Below, in pieces: positions 39,882 through 50,297 of a stretch of 64,000 nt of DNA (position 1 is its first letter; each line of letters starts with the position of its first letter). The stretch is from Pirellulaceae bacterium. GTDB taxonomy: Bacteria; Planctomycetota; Planctomycetia; Pirellulales; Pirellulaceae. The DNA lies in the NCBI GenBank assembly GCA_041739785.1, contig JBGSNE010000106.1, positions 29,649 to 93,648 on the forward strand, written 5' to 3'. A program made the translations under genes and the position numbers. A model generated the notes under the pieces. That model ran no database searches. It saw only the letters and a program-made list of their open reading frames with translations, and was not told the origin of the DNA.

Positions 39882-40742
39882 CTACAGGCCGAGTACTTGA
39901 TCCATCCAGGCGGCGATGCCGGCCAGACGCTGGCGGTCGCCACCGGCCACTTCCGCCGTGGCCCAACCTGTAAACTTGATTCGAGCCAATTGCTCGCGTA
40001 CCTGCTCCCACTGAACTTCACCGCCATCTGTTCCGCTGGCGGTCTTCGATCGAAGTTTGGCATCACCGAATTGAGCATGTCCACGGTCTTTGATATCCAG
40101 CTTGCCGATTCGCCGGCCCAATACGTTGGCCCAGTGTTGAGCACTCTGCTCTGTCCACGTAATCGCGTTGCCTGTGTCAAAATAGGCCGCCACGAGTGGC
40201 GAATCGAAACTGTCGATAAAGCGTGCCATTTCCTCCGCGGTCTTTAGAAACGTGGCCCGCACGTTTTCGATCAACAGACGCACTTCGTTCTGCTCTGCAT
40301 AGGGAACCAGCGGCCGAATCAGTTGTTGCCAACGTAGGAAATTTTGTTCGTAGCTGTGCTGGGAGTCCTCCTGGGCGACGACCAGGACTGAGTCACCTCC
40401 AAAGTTCTTCGCTAGGTCTACCGCGGCGCGAAGATTGGGATCGGCACTGTTGACGACGCCGTGGACCACGAGTCCGGTCCGCTCGATCGCAGTCACAATC
40501 TCGCGTTGATCGAATTTTGAGCCAGTTGGTATTTCGGTTCCGTCGAAACCAAGGTCCTTGAGCAGTTCGAATTTCTCAAGCACGCTCAGCTTGTCAGTCA
40601 CCATGTGAAATTTGACGGCCTTGCGGATTTTTGGCTTAGCAGTTTCTTCCTGCGCACTTGACGATCTGCATACCACCACAGCGCTGGCAGCAGTACATGT
40701 TGTGGCGATGAATCCGCGTCGGTCGGTTTGGTGATTTTGCAT
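39882..40742 (-). CDS. Tat-exported sugar phosphate isomerase/epimerase (xylose-isomerase-like TIM barrel)
   Basis: DRRGFI Tat motif; GFDGTEI, LIENV, YFDTGN, LDIKD, WATAEV. Confidence 0.92.
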   Translation of the reverse strand: MQNHQTDRRGFIATTCTAASAVVVCRSSSAQEETAKPKIRKAVKFHMVTDKLSVLEKFELLKDLGFDGTEIPTGSKFDQREIVTAIERTGLVVHGVVNSADPNLRAAVDLAKNFGGDSVLVVAQEDSQHSYEQNFLRWQQLIRPLVPYAEQNEVRLLIENVRATFLKTAEEMARFIDSFDSPLVAAYFDTGNAITWTEQSAQHWANVLGRRIGKLDIKDRGHAQFGDAKLRSKTASGTDGGEVQWEQVREQLARIKFTGWATAEVAGGDRQRLAGIAAWMDQVLGL

Positions 40743-40857
40743 ATATTTTCTCCTGTAAGAGTCGTCGCGCAACACCTCCGGTCACTCGCAACTAGCATAC
40801 TGTCGATCCGAGTTGGATTGTTCAATCGCAAGAATCACAACGAAGGAAACAGTTTTA

Positions 40858-40895
40858 CGAAGTATAAGTCACAGCCTGCGCAGACGACGGCAGCC
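40858..40895. repeat. Dispersed repeat with cctgcgcag core; second copy 61814-61851
   Basis: Reverse complement gctgccgtcgtctgcgcaggctgtgacttatacttcg vs gctgccgtcgcctgcgcaggctgtgacttattcttcg. Confidence 0.7.
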
Positions 40896-41131
40896 TTGGA
40901 GGCTGGAATTAATAAGCTGTTAAATCTAGCAAATCAGCCTCAAACCCATCCTTTTCGCACAATCACAAGCCCTCGATCCAGCAGTAGCAAGGGCAGCGTC
41001 TGCCGGCGCCTTCGCAGCCTCAATCAATTGGTGCTCCCAATCGATCGTTACCCAAGCTCAACATTTAACGCAATCCATAATCGCTGGGAATCGGCTGCTA
41101 CGGCTTGGCGTTAAGCGATTGCGCTAATTCG

Positions 41132-42451
41132 TTAAACGATCCCATGAATCCCGGGCATGGCGATCTTCCATTGGGGCAATTCGGTTTCCCAAGACAAACC
41201 GTGCATGTCGACCAGGCGCTCGTTCGAATCCAGTTTGTCCTGCCATAGAATCTGCTGACCAGAATAGGCGGAGTCACGGGCCATGATGGCCATCAACGTC
41301 GATTTGGCTGCGTACTCGCCGTTGCTGATGGAATCACCTTTCCTGAGTGCAGTGTACATCGCATCGTGTTCGAGTTGATGCCCAACGCGGCTGGCTGCCG
41401 TTGGTGGCGCCTTCAGTTGAGCCGCATTGGGACCGGTGAAGTTGTACAGAGTGCGTTGCGTTCCAGTACATCGGCCAAGGGTACCGGCCACGTCCATTTC
41501 CCAGACGGCCTGGCAACCCCGTTGTTGCCGCGTCGCGGCATGGAATTCGACGCCCCCCGCGTACTTGAAGATGGCCGAAAAGTGGTCGTATATGTGCCCG
41601 GTATCGGGACCTGTGCGGGTCTGCCGACCACCCGTGGCAAGGCAACTCACTGGATCGGCACCAATAATCCAGGCGATGCGGTCAATTTCATGTACAAATT
41701 GTTCAACGACGAAATCCCCCGAGAGCCAAGTGAATTGTTGCCAATTGTCGACTTGGTGAGCCACATCAGTCATGCCCGGTTTTCTTGGTCGGGTCCAAGT
41801 TTGTTGTCCAAAGCGCGTGGTGCGCATAGTAACTATGTCGCCAATCGCCCCGTTTTGAATTCGTGCAACCATTTCTTGTGTTGTGGGTTCGTATCGCGTC
41901 TGCAAGCCTACAACAAACAACAGCCCTTTCTGTTGTGCCTGTTGCGTGGCAGCCAGCACAGCTTTTACGCCCGCTGAATCCACGGCAACCGGTTTCTCAG
42001 CGAAGATGTGCTTTCCCGCTTCGACCGCAGCTTGGATGTGCAACGGTCGAAAGCCCGGCGGAGTCGCGAGAAGTACCACATCAACGTCGGTTTCTAGCAA
42101 CTTTTTGTATGCATCGAGCCCGATGAACTGATATTCTTTGTCAACCAAAACCCTCTCGCCCGCGGCGGAGCGTTTCAGGGCTTGGAGACCGGGAGTCAGA
42201 CGATGCTCAAATGTATCAGCCACGGCCACCAGCTGAGTCTTCGGGTCAGCATTCAACGCCTGCAGAGCTGCGCCACTCCCCCGACCACCACAGCCAACCA
42301 GCCCAATGCGAATCACGTCACTGCCAGACGCCGAGTGGACCGATCGCTGAAGTCCGCCAACGAGGGCACTAGCACTGGCGACCTTGGCCGCTGACTGCCC
42401 AATAAAATTTCGACGTGTAGATGATGTGAGGTTGTCATCAGGTTGGTTCAT
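41132..42451 (-). CDS. Tat-exported Gfo/Idh/MocA oxidoreductase
   Basis: TRRNFI; IRIGLVGCGGRGSGA, ATPPGFR, FAEKPVA, EQFVHEID. Confidence 0.95.
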   Translation of the reverse strand: MNQPDDNLTSSTRRNFIGQSAAKVASASALVGGLQRSVHSASGSDVIRIGLVGCGGRGSGAALQALNADPKTQLVAVADTFEHRLTPGLQALKRSAAGERVLVDKEYQFIGLDAYKKLLETDVDVVLLATPPGFRPLHIQAAVEAGKHIFAEKPVAVDSAGVKAVLAATQQAQQKGLLFVVGLQTRYEPTTQEMVARIQNGAIGDIVTMRTTRFGQQTWTRPRKPGMTDVAHQVDNWQQFTWLSGDFVVEQFVHEIDRIAWIIGADPVSCLATGGRQTRTGPDTGHIYDHFSAIFKYAGGVEFHAATRQQRGCQAVWEMDVAGTLGRCTGTQRTLYNFTGPNAAQLKAPPTAASRVGHQLEHDAMYTALRKGDSISNGEYAAKSTLMAIMARDSAYSGQQILWQDKLDSNERLVDMHGLSWETELPQWKIAMPGIHGIV

Positions 42452-42700
42452 CGAATCTCTCCCAATTGTGATAGATTGCCTGAAGAGGATTCTACACCAA
42501 GTTGCAACAGAAAAATGACTCGAAGAATAGCACGAATGGCAAGGCCGATGCACGGATGAATTGTCCGGGTTGCACACCAACTACTAACAAACTGGTACAA
42601 AAGACATTTGCGCAGCGGTAGATTTCTGCCGCTTGGAGCATTCTAGTGCGCAGGCACATACACAATCGAGTGTCTTGGTCACTTGCTGCAGGGAGAGTCC

Positions 42701-43963
42701 GTGAGTAGTAAAACAGTTCGAGTGGGTATCATCGGTACGGGCAGCCGAGGCATCACGTGCATTGGGCGGCAAATCGCCGAACAAAGTCGTGAACTGGATA
42801 TAACGCTAACCGCGTTTTGCAATCGCACGCAGAATCGAATGCACGTCGCACTGGACGACGTCAACACAGTGGCGGAGGCAGCCGGCAATGCTCCGTTTTC
42901 GCCAACGTTTTATCAGGACGCCAAGTCTTTGGTCAACGACGACAACGTTGACTTGATCGTGATCACCACCGCGACCTCCGCACATCTCGAAGCGGCTCTG
43001 CCGGCGCTGCAATCCGGCAAAAAAGTTTATCTGGACAAACCGATTGCTCACACTATCGACGACGCCGTCGCGATCCGCAAAGAAGAACATCGATCGAATA
43101 ACCCCATGATCATGGGTTTCACTCGGCGGTACGAAAAACCGTGGGTCGAGCTGCATCAAATGCTGGAAAGTGGCGTTATTGGCGAACTGAAAATGATGCT
43201 CATGCGGGCGGTGTTGCCGTATTCGTTTTTCTTTCAAACGTGGCACCGGACGCGTGCCATAAGTGGTGGTGCGCTTAACGACAAGGCATCGCACTACACA
43301 GATGTCTTTAATTGGTTCGCGCAGGGGCGGTGCCTGCAAGTCAATGCCTTCGGAGGCAGAAACGTTTTCAAAGTGCGCGAAGACGCACCTGAGTTCTGTG
43401 CGGTCTGCGACTGGGACTGCGCGTACCGGGCGAGTCAAATTCGTACGGACACTCCGGACCAGACTCGCGGTGCCGTAGATGCGACCTATGACAACGAACT
43501 GGATCCGCTTAAACGGAAGGACAATTGCGTCTATAAAGCGGGAGCAGATATATTTGACCACGCATCCATCCACTACCAATATGACAACGGAATCGTGGCG
43601 ACCATTTTTTACAACGTATACGGCCCGCGCGCGGAAGATGAGGAGACGTTTGAAATTGTCGGAACAAAAGGTAGGATGATTCTCACTCGGATGAAAGGCG
43701 AAATCGACCTAGTCACCGATTATGGCGAGCGTCGTCACGAAGTCATTGCCTGTCGAGCTGAGGCCTTCGATTCTTCGCATTTCGGTGCCGATCGCAAACT
43801 AGTCCAGGAGATAGCAGCCTTCGCACGCGGTGGAGTTTCTCCGGTCAATGGCTGGTACGGTATGGAAGCCACGCGCATGACCCGTGCGGCTATGCAGTCA
43901 ATCGACGAGGGAGGAAAGACATTGCGGATGGCTGATCTACCCGATGGCCCTGGATTGCGATAG
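42701..43963 (+). CDS. Cytoplasmic Gfo/Idh/MocA oxidoreductase with Cys cluster insert
   Basis: VRVGIIGTGSRG, YLDKPIA, MGFTRRY, LNDKASHYTD, CAVC...C...Y...NCVY, SHFGAD. Confidence 0.92.
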   Translation: MSSKTVRVGIIGTGSRGITCIGRQIAEQSRELDITLTAFCNRTQNRMHVALDDVNTVAEAAGNAPFSPTFYQDAKSLVNDDNVDLIVITTATSAHLEAALPALQSGKKVYLDKPIAHTIDDAVAIRKEEHRSNNPMIMGFTRRYEKPWVELHQMLESGVIGELKMMLMRAVLPYSFFFQTWHRTRAISGGALNDKASHYTDVFNWFAQGRCLQVNAFGGRNVFKVREDAPEFCAVCDWDCAYRASQIRTDTPDQTRGAVDATYDNELDPLKRKDNCVYKAGADIFDHASIHYQYDNGIVATIFYNVYGPRAEDEETFEIVGTKGRMILTRMKGEIDLVTDYGERRHEVIACRAEAFDSSHFGADRKLVQEIAAFARGGVSPVNGWYGMEATRMTRAAMQSIDEGGKTLRMADLPDGPGLR

Positions 43964-44013
43964 CGAGTTGCGTTTGGGTGAGCCGCGACGCGTGACGGCT
44001 TGTTGGTTTGTTG

Positions 44014-44077
44014 GTTTAACCCGCAGCCGAAGGCGAGGTTCGCCTCGTTGATCCTCGCCTACGGCTGCGGGTTAAAC
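44014..44077. repeat. REPIN-like hairpin family B (copies also 51598-51652, 56623-56686, partial 61757-61784)
   Basis: gtttaacccgcagccg.aggcga ... tcgcctacggctgcgggttaaac. Confidence 0.9.
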
Positions 44078-44154
44078 AAAGAGCCATCGAATCAACACTA
44101 AATCAACAAGCCCTGACGGCCCACGGCTCACATTTTTTGATTGGTATTAATCCC

Positions 44155-45489
44155 ATGATTCAATCGCATGCGGAAGAAGAAAGCAACCCAAGTCGATGGC
44201 GGTATCCACTGCTGTGCGGCATGATGTTCTTGCAGTTTGCCGTCTATGGATTGTGGCTGCCGATTGCCGGTCGCTTTCTCAAGGCCGATCCGACAACGGA
44301 GGGGGGACTGGGATTCAGTGATTCGCAAGTCGGCTGGATCATAGGACTCGCCGCGTCCATTGGTGCCATTTGTTCGCCATTCATTACGCAGTTCGCCGAC
44401 CGCTATTTTTCTGCTCAACGCTTTCTGGGCGTGTTGATGATCTGTGCTGGCTCAGTAAAGCTTGTTACGGTGACGCAGACTAGTTTTACGGCTTGGCTAT
44501 TGCTGTCCGTGTTGTTCGCAATGTTGTTCATGCCTGCCGCAGCAATTTGTAGCGCGCTGGCGATGCGGCATCTGTCCCATCCTACGCAGCAATTCCCACG
44601 CGTTCGTCTGTGGTCGACCGTTGGCTGGATCTCGGTAGCTTGGTTTTTTCCGCTGTTGGCCTTAAAGACCAATGTCCATTTTCAGTGGTTGCCACCCTTC
44701 TTTGCAGGGGACGACGTTGAGTTCATCGCGGCAAAAATGCTGACCTCGGTTCGTTGGTCTGGTTTGCTGGCGATTGGCTACGGTGTGTTGGCTTTTTTCC
44801 TGCTCCCGGATACACCGCCAATCAAACGATCCGGTACGCGTTTTGCCGCCTTGGAAGCCTTTGGCATGCTTCGACAACCGTCGTTTTGCGTGCTCCTACT
44901 GGTGACACTGCTGCTGAGTATCACGCATGTGAATTATTTTATTCAAATGTCATCTTTTCTGAAAGTCGTGGGGCTTGATGATGCGTACACCATGCCAGCC
45001 ATGTCATTGGGGCAAGTGGCGGAGCTGGTTATGTATGTATTGCTGGGTGGTCTACTGACGAAGTTTGGCTTTCGCTGGATGTTGTTGATGGGCATATTAA
45101 GTTTTATCGCCCGCTTCTGTCTTCACGCGTCCACGGAATTGCCCATCTGGTGTCAGGTCGCTGGACAGGCCTTTCATGGTGTGTGTTACGCGTTTTTCTT
45201 CACGACCTGCATTATCTATGTCGACCGTACTGCGCCACCGGACGTGAGAAACTCGGCGCAGTCGGTGTTCAACTTTGTGTTCTATGGCGTTGGTCCCTTG
45301 CTGGCCGTTCAACTGAATTCACTGCTCGCCAGCTCATTTGGAAGAGCGGACGGCCTGGACACTGCCGGCTATCGCAATTATTGGTACGCTATGGCCAGTA
45401 TTGGCGGATTGGCCTTTGTTATCATGTGGATCTTCTTTAAAGACCAAGCCGCGAAAACAGTGGTTATTGCGAAAGACGCCACGGCATGA
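44155..45489 (+). CDS. MFS transporter, nucleoside:H+ symporter (NupG/XapB)-like
   Basis: MMFLQFAVYGLW, ADRYFSAQR, FPRVRLWSTVGW, MSLGQVAE, FHGVCYAFFF; about 12 TM. Confidence 0.92.
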   Translation: MIQSHAEEESNPSRWRYPLLCGMMFLQFAVYGLWLPIAGRFLKADPTTEGGLGFSDSQVGWIIGLAASIGAICSPFITQFADRYFSAQRFLGVLMICAGSVKLVTVTQTSFTAWLLLSVLFAMLFMPAAAICSALAMRHLSHPTQQFPRVRLWSTVGWISVAWFFPLLALKTNVHFQWLPPFFAGDDVEFIAAKMLTSVRWSGLLAIGYGVLAFFLLPDTPPIKRSGTRFAALEAFGMLRQPSFCVLLLVTLLLSITHVNYFIQMSSFLKVVGLDDAYTMPAMSLGQVAELVMYVLLGGLLTKFGFRWMLLMGILSFIARFCLHASTELPIWCQVAGQAFHGVCYAFFFTTCIIYVDRTAPPDVRNSAQSVFNFVFYGVGPLLAVQLNSLLASSFGRADGLDTAGYRNYWYAMASIGGLAFVIMWIFFKDQAAKTVVIAKDATA

Positions 45490-47003
45490 ATTGTTACGAT
45501 CCCTACCAAAGTTTCTTCGGTGACATCCACAACCACTGTGGTATCTCCTACGCGCACGGTTCGCTCGAGGATGCGCTGAACAACGCGCGGCAACGACTCG
45601 ATTTCGTAAGTGTTACTGGGCATGCTCACTGGCCGGACATGCCGGAACCAAATGAGGAAATTCAATACATCATCGATTTCCATGAAGCGGGTTTTGCGAA
45701 ATTGAAGACTGGCTGGGGGCGGATGATGGAGACGCTGCGGTCTTTCAATCGAGAGGGAGAGTTTGTTGTTTTTCCGGGATTTGAAGTGCACTTCACATCC
45801 ACCGGCGATCGAAACATCCTCTACAAAGATCTGGCTGGCGAGATCTTGTATCCCACAGATCTAGCCGATCTTCACGACCAATTGCGTCGGTTGCGAGCTG
45901 CGGGGATCGAATCGATAGCCCAGCCGCATCATGTCGGTTACCGCACGGGAACGCGTGGCGTGGATTGGAACTCGTTCAGCGATGAATTTGCTCCGTTTGT
46001 AGAGATGCTGTCGATGCATGGCTGTTCGGAGGCGAGTGAAAACACTCGGCCGTTTTTGCACTCGATGGGGCCCAGTGATTACGAGAGCACAATTCAAAGT
46101 GGTTTAGAACGTGGTCTCGTGTTTGGGTTTTCCGGCGGGACTGACCATCATAGTGCTCATCCCGGCAGCTACGGCCATGGTTTGACTGGCATCTGGGCCG
46201 AACAGCTGACGCGCGATTCAATTTGGGACGCGTTGATGAACCGACGTATGGTTGCGCTGACCGGCGACCGTATGGACCTGCAATTCTCCGTCAACGATGC
46301 TCCGATGGGGGCAGTTATAGCGCGGGATCGCAAGCGGAAACTTGTATTTGATGTCCAAGCCGGGGCAGCCATCGACTGCGTGGATGTGCTGCGCGACGGT
46401 CAACTGGTACAGCGTTTCTCGCAATACGATATCAATGTCTCGCAAACTGACGAATTGATCCGCACCAAATTGCATCTTGAAGTCGGCTGGGGAGCGCGAC
46501 ACAAGTCGGTAGATTGGTTGATTGAATTGGGAATTAGCGAAGGAACGGTGATTGCAGTCGAGCCGCGGTTCCGGGGCATGGAGGTGGTGGCGCCAACAGA
46601 AGCTACGGAAGTTGACGGCTACTTCCACAGCCGCGTGCTAGAAAAGCGAGAACGCTCGGTCGTGTTCCAAACCCGCACAATGGGCAACCCCAATAATTCG
46701 ACCCCCGCCATGCAAGGGATGTGCCTGCACGTGGAAGTTCCGCGGACTGCCTTGGTTCAAGCGGTCCTCAATGGAAAACGTGTGCAGTGGTCCATTGAGG
46801 AACTCATCCAAGGAGCGCGAACGGGACAGCTCGGTGATATCGATTCACCTGCCTGGCGCTTTCACCGCGCCCCACTCGAACACCAATGGCACTGGTCGGG
46901 AGAATGGATTGACGAAGACGAATTCAATTCGAGCTACTATCTGCGAGTGCGTCAGCGCAATGATCAATGGGCCTGGTCATCACCGGTCTTTCTAGTTTCA
47001 TAA
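45486..47003 (+). CDS. PHP-fold metallohydrolase (DUF3604/CehA-McbA-like)
   Basis: FGDIHNHCGISY, TGHAHW, GFEVH, HHVGY, SMHGCSE, GGTDHH, WAWSSPVF; ATGA overlap with the MFS gene. Confidence 0.8.
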   Translation: MNCYDPYQSFFGDIHNHCGISYAHGSLEDALNNARQRLDFVSVTGHAHWPDMPEPNEEIQYIIDFHEAGFAKLKTGWGRMMETLRSFNREGEFVVFPGFEVHFTSTGDRNILYKDLAGEILYPTDLADLHDQLRRLRAAGIESIAQPHHVGYRTGTRGVDWNSFSDEFAPFVEMLSMHGCSEASENTRPFLHSMGPSDYESTIQSGLERGLVFGFSGGTDHHSAHPGSYGHGLTGIWAEQLTRDSIWDALMNRRMVALTGDRMDLQFSVNDAPMGAVIARDRKRKLVFDVQAGAAIDCVDVLRDGQLVQRFSQYDINVSQTDELIRTKLHLEVGWGARHKSVDWLIELGISEGTVIAVEPRFRGMEVVAPTEATEVDGYFHSRVLEKRERSVVFQTRTMGNPNNSTPAMQGMCLHVEVPRTALVQAVLNGKRVQWSIEELIQGARTGQLGDIDSPAWRFHRAPLEHQWHWSGEWIDEDEFNSSYYLRVRQRNDQWAWSSPVFLVS

Positions 47004-47061
47004 TCTAACGGCACTAACTTACACCACAATTAAACTTAGTTTTCGAGCCGAGGCCAATTCC

Positions 47062-48390
47062 ATGTCACATGCCTTATTTTTTACGTGCTTGTACTCCTTC
47101 CTAATGGGCTCCATTGGGCTATTGTCATTATCATCCATGGTCGTCGCTGCTGAGCCAAAACTAACTGGGTTGCGAGAAGTGAATGAAATAGCGAAACCAC
47201 AAGTTTCGCAGCAGACAGTCATCGTCAACGCACGGTTGGTCGATGGCAATGGAGGGATGCCGCTGGACAATGCCTGTATTATCATCGAGGGCGACAAAAT
47301 AGCATTCGCGGGTTCACAATCGGTGGCGGACATACCACCGACAGCGGTACGTATCGACGCGACAGGTAAATGTGTTTTGCCCGGTCTTTTGGATGCGCAC
47401 TTTCACGCGCGCGACAGTGCAAAAACGCTGGTCGAATATGAACTTAGCAACGGCATTACCGCCTTTCGCGATCCCGGGCATCCATTCAATTTCTACGACT
47501 GGCTCTCCAATTCCGATACGGTGATTCCGCGAGTTTTTCTGTGTGGAGGTCATCTAGATGCGGAGCCGCCGGCGTGGCCAGATCAAGCTGTGGTTGTCGG
47601 CTCGAACCAACAAGCGATTGCTGCGGTCAACCAACATGTCGACCGAGGCGCGTCCGCGATCAAAGTTTATATGCACCTTCCACTGGGATTTATCGAATCA
47701 GCTTGCTCGGCTGCTAGCGCGCGCGGAGTACCAGTGACCGCCCATTTAGAGTTGATTGACGCGGACCAAGCAATTCGTGCGGGCGTCGTGGGGATTGAGC
47801 ACATCACCTCTTTCGGAACTTGTCTAGCAGAACCCGAGCATGCCCAGGAATTCAAACAAGCGCTCATCGAAGACTCGGCAGCGCGGCATGTTTGGCGTCC
47901 ACGTTTGTGGCAGCGGGTCAGCCTAGACAATAATCCACGGCTGGAGCCACTGTTAGAACTGATTGTCCAGCGACAGACGTTTATCTCACCTACACTTGCC
48001 ATATTCGAAGCGCGTGCCGATGAGAAAGATGCCACGCCTGAACAGGTCGTCGCGTTCGCCAACATGATGGAGTTTTTTGCACTGTGCCACCAACGTGGTG
48101 CGCGGATCGTCGTAGGGTCCCATACCGCTGCGCCGTATGCCAGTCGTGGAAAAGCTTATGTCCGCGAAGTGGAACTTATGGCCCAGGCTGGCATGAGCCC
48201 GCTCAGCATCATCACCGCCGCCACCAAGAACAACGCCATCTTCTTTGGAGCACACGATCGACTCGGAACCATCGAAGCCGGCAAGCAAGCTGACTTGATA
48301 ATCATCGATGGTGATCCGACCGAACGTATCAGTGATTTGGACAAAGTGGATCGAGTCATGTTGGGCGGGCACTGGGTAGTAGACCGCTAA
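47062..48390 (+). CDS. Secreted amidohydrolase family protein
   Basis: LPGLLDAHFH, IKVY, AHLE, GIEH, VGSH, GTIEAGKQADL. Confidence 0.92.
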   Translation: MSHALFFTCLYSFLMGSIGLLSLSSMVVAAEPKLTGLREVNEIAKPQVSQQTVIVNARLVDGNGGMPLDNACIIIEGDKIAFAGSQSVADIPPTAVRIDATGKCVLPGLLDAHFHARDSAKTLVEYELSNGITAFRDPGHPFNFYDWLSNSDTVIPRVFLCGGHLDAEPPAWPDQAVVVGSNQQAIAAVNQHVDRGASAIKVYMHLPLGFIESACSAASARGVPVTAHLELIDADQAIRAGVVGIEHITSFGTCLAEPEHAQEFKQALIEDSAARHVWRPRLWQRVSLDNNPRLEPLLELIVQRQTFISPTLAIFEARADEKDATPEQVVAFANMMEFFALCHQRGARIVVGSHTAAPYASRGKAYVREVELMAQAGMSPLSIITAATKNNAIFFGAHDRLGTIEAGKQADLIIIDGDPTERISDLDKVDRVMLGGHWVVDR

Positions 48391-48445
48391 TGTTAGTACC
48401 GCGTCGCCAAACCTTGGGTCTATTGGTTACTAGTCAAATGAGCGG

Positions 48446-48544
48446 ATTGCCCGGTGCCTTACGGGCTTGTTGATTTAGTGAGCCTCAGGCGCGTGAGCGG
48501 CCGGGCGACCAATATTGCCCGGTGCCTTACGGCCCGCGGCTCAC
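48446..48544. repeat. REP-like cluster (19-bp direct repeat attgcccggtgccttacgg x2)
   Basis: Copies at 48446 and 48514, interleaved with gtgagc..gctcac arms. Confidence 0.75.
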
Positions 48545-48559
48545 TTTCGTCGTTGTCGT

Positions 48560-48665
48560 GGAGTCGGCAACGGGACTTTACGTCCATCATATTGTGACTG
48601 TAGTGCAAGTCGACGCGTTGCGCATAGCAGCCCGTCATCAGGCTGGCTCTTTAAGGCATACAAAC
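48560..48665 (-). pseudogene. Fragment of a formylglycine-type sulfatase active-site region
   Basis: VCMP*RASLMTGCYAQRVDLH matches CxPSRxxLxTG with the Ser codon read as TAA at 48651-48653. Confidence 0.7.
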
Positions 48666-48968
48666 GCACCACTCAAAAATGGTCGCGAGGTATTCGCTAT
48701 TCTAAAACAATACATGATGGCAACTTGTTATGATTAATTTGAGAAATACCGCTGGACTTTGCAGCGTTCCAGCAGAAACGGTTCGTGATCGAATGGCACG
48801 ACGTTAATGCATAGCGGGATTCGCCGAGAATTTCGACGAAGCACTTTCTTATTGGAAAACCGAAACTCTTAGCGGGTTGCGCTACGGATAACCCTTGGCC
48901 CTTGCAGCATTCGTATCAAAGTCGTTTTATTTTCGGTATGTCACTTACAGCAATAAGGAACTCGGACC

Positions 48969-50297
48969 ATGACGCACCAGCCAACACGGCGCGGAATATT
49001 GAAATCGGCAGCGGCACTTGGCGCAGGAGTGTGGTTAGGAACGAGCTCCCGCGCAGCATCGACGGCGGCCAATGGCAAACTCAATGTAGCATTTGTAGGA
49101 GTGGCCGGACGCGGGGCTAGGAATTTGGCGGCGCTCGCTCCGCTGGTGAACGTGGCTGCTTTGTGCGATGTCGACAGTCAACGACTAACCGCTGCTGCCA
49201 GTGAACATTCGCAAGCTTCTAAGTGGTCCGACTTTCGCGAAATGCTTGACCAGCAATCGGATCTCGACGCGGTTTCCATCTCGACACCAGATCATTTGCA
49301 CGCTTGCATCGCAGTATCGGCCATGCGACTCGGCAAACACGTGTACTGTGAGAAACCGCTGGCGCACAGCGTCTACGAAGCGCGATTGATGGCTGAAACT
49401 GCCGCCACGGCGGGCGTGGTGACGCAAATGGGCCAGCAGCGGCACGGCGATCCACGTCTAAGGACTGCTGTCGAAATGATTCAAGCGGGAATGATCGGCC
49501 AAGTATCGGAAGTGCACATTTGGTCTGGCAAGAATGTGAGTTGGTCCGCAGGTGACCGACCTTCGCAGAGCGATCCGGTTCCCGAATGGCTCGATTGGGA
49601 ATTGTGGCTCGGTCCCTCACCGCATCGCCCGTACGTGACGGATGCCTATGCCCATCGCAACTGGCGCAGCTGGTGGGACTTCGGCAGCGGCAATCTCGGC
49701 GATATGGGATGCCATCTTTTCGACTGTGCGTATTGGGCACTCGGGCTCGATTTTCCAACGAAGATTGACGCGCACGGTCCCCCAGTCCATGCCGAAAGCG
49801 CTCCCGAGGGGCTGACCTGCCGCTATGAGTTTCCGGCACGAGGTGACAGACCGGCCATTCCACTGACCTGGTACGACGGCACGCATTCTCCACCCTGGCA
49901 AACCATCGAGGGAGTTAAGGTTGTGCCTGAACAGGCGACGCTATTTATGGGCGAGAAAGGGAAATTGCTGTTTCCCCACAACGAACCCATCGAGCTGATT
50001 CTGGGAGGAAAGTCGGTCAGCTTTACTCCACCTGAACAGACCATTCCGCGAGTAGACGGTGAGAACCCCAACCACGCGGAATGGGTCAATGCGATTCATG
50101 GCAACAGCAAATCGCTTTCTAACTTTGGTTATTCGGGCCGACTTACGGAAGTCGTGCAAGCAGGCGTGGTGGCATACCGATCTGGACAGCCGCTCCAGTG
50201 GGACGGTCCTAACATGAGGGCTCGTAATTTCGCCGAAGCGGCCGTTTTGATACATCCGCAGTTTCGCAAACTCTGGGCCGAAGGTTTGAAAGGTTGA
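48969..50297 (+). CDS. Tat-exported Gfo/Idh/MocA oxidoreductase
   Basis: TRRGIL; LNVAFVGVAGRG, STPDHLH, YCEKPL, WELWLGP, WRSWWDFGSGNLGDMGCH. Confidence 0.95.
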   Translation: MTHQPTRRGILKSAAALGAGVWLGTSSRAASTAANGKLNVAFVGVAGRGARNLAALAPLVNVAALCDVDSQRLTAAASEHSQASKWSDFREMLDQQSDLDAVSISTPDHLHACIAVSAMRLGKHVYCEKPLAHSVYEARLMAETAATAGVVTQMGQQRHGDPRLRTAVEMIQAGMIGQVSEVHIWSGKNVSWSAGDRPSQSDPVPEWLDWELWLGPSPHRPYVTDAYAHRNWRSWWDFGSGNLGDMGCHLFDCAYWALGLDFPTKIDAHGPPVHAESAPEGLTCRYEFPARGDRPAIPLTWYDGTHSPPWQTIEGVKVVPEQATLFMGEKGKLLFPHNEPIELILGGKSVSFTPPEQTIPRVDGENPNHAEWVNAIHGNSKSLSNFGYSGRLTEVVQAGVVAYRSGQPLQWDGPNMRARNFAEAAVLIHPQFRKLWAEGLKG

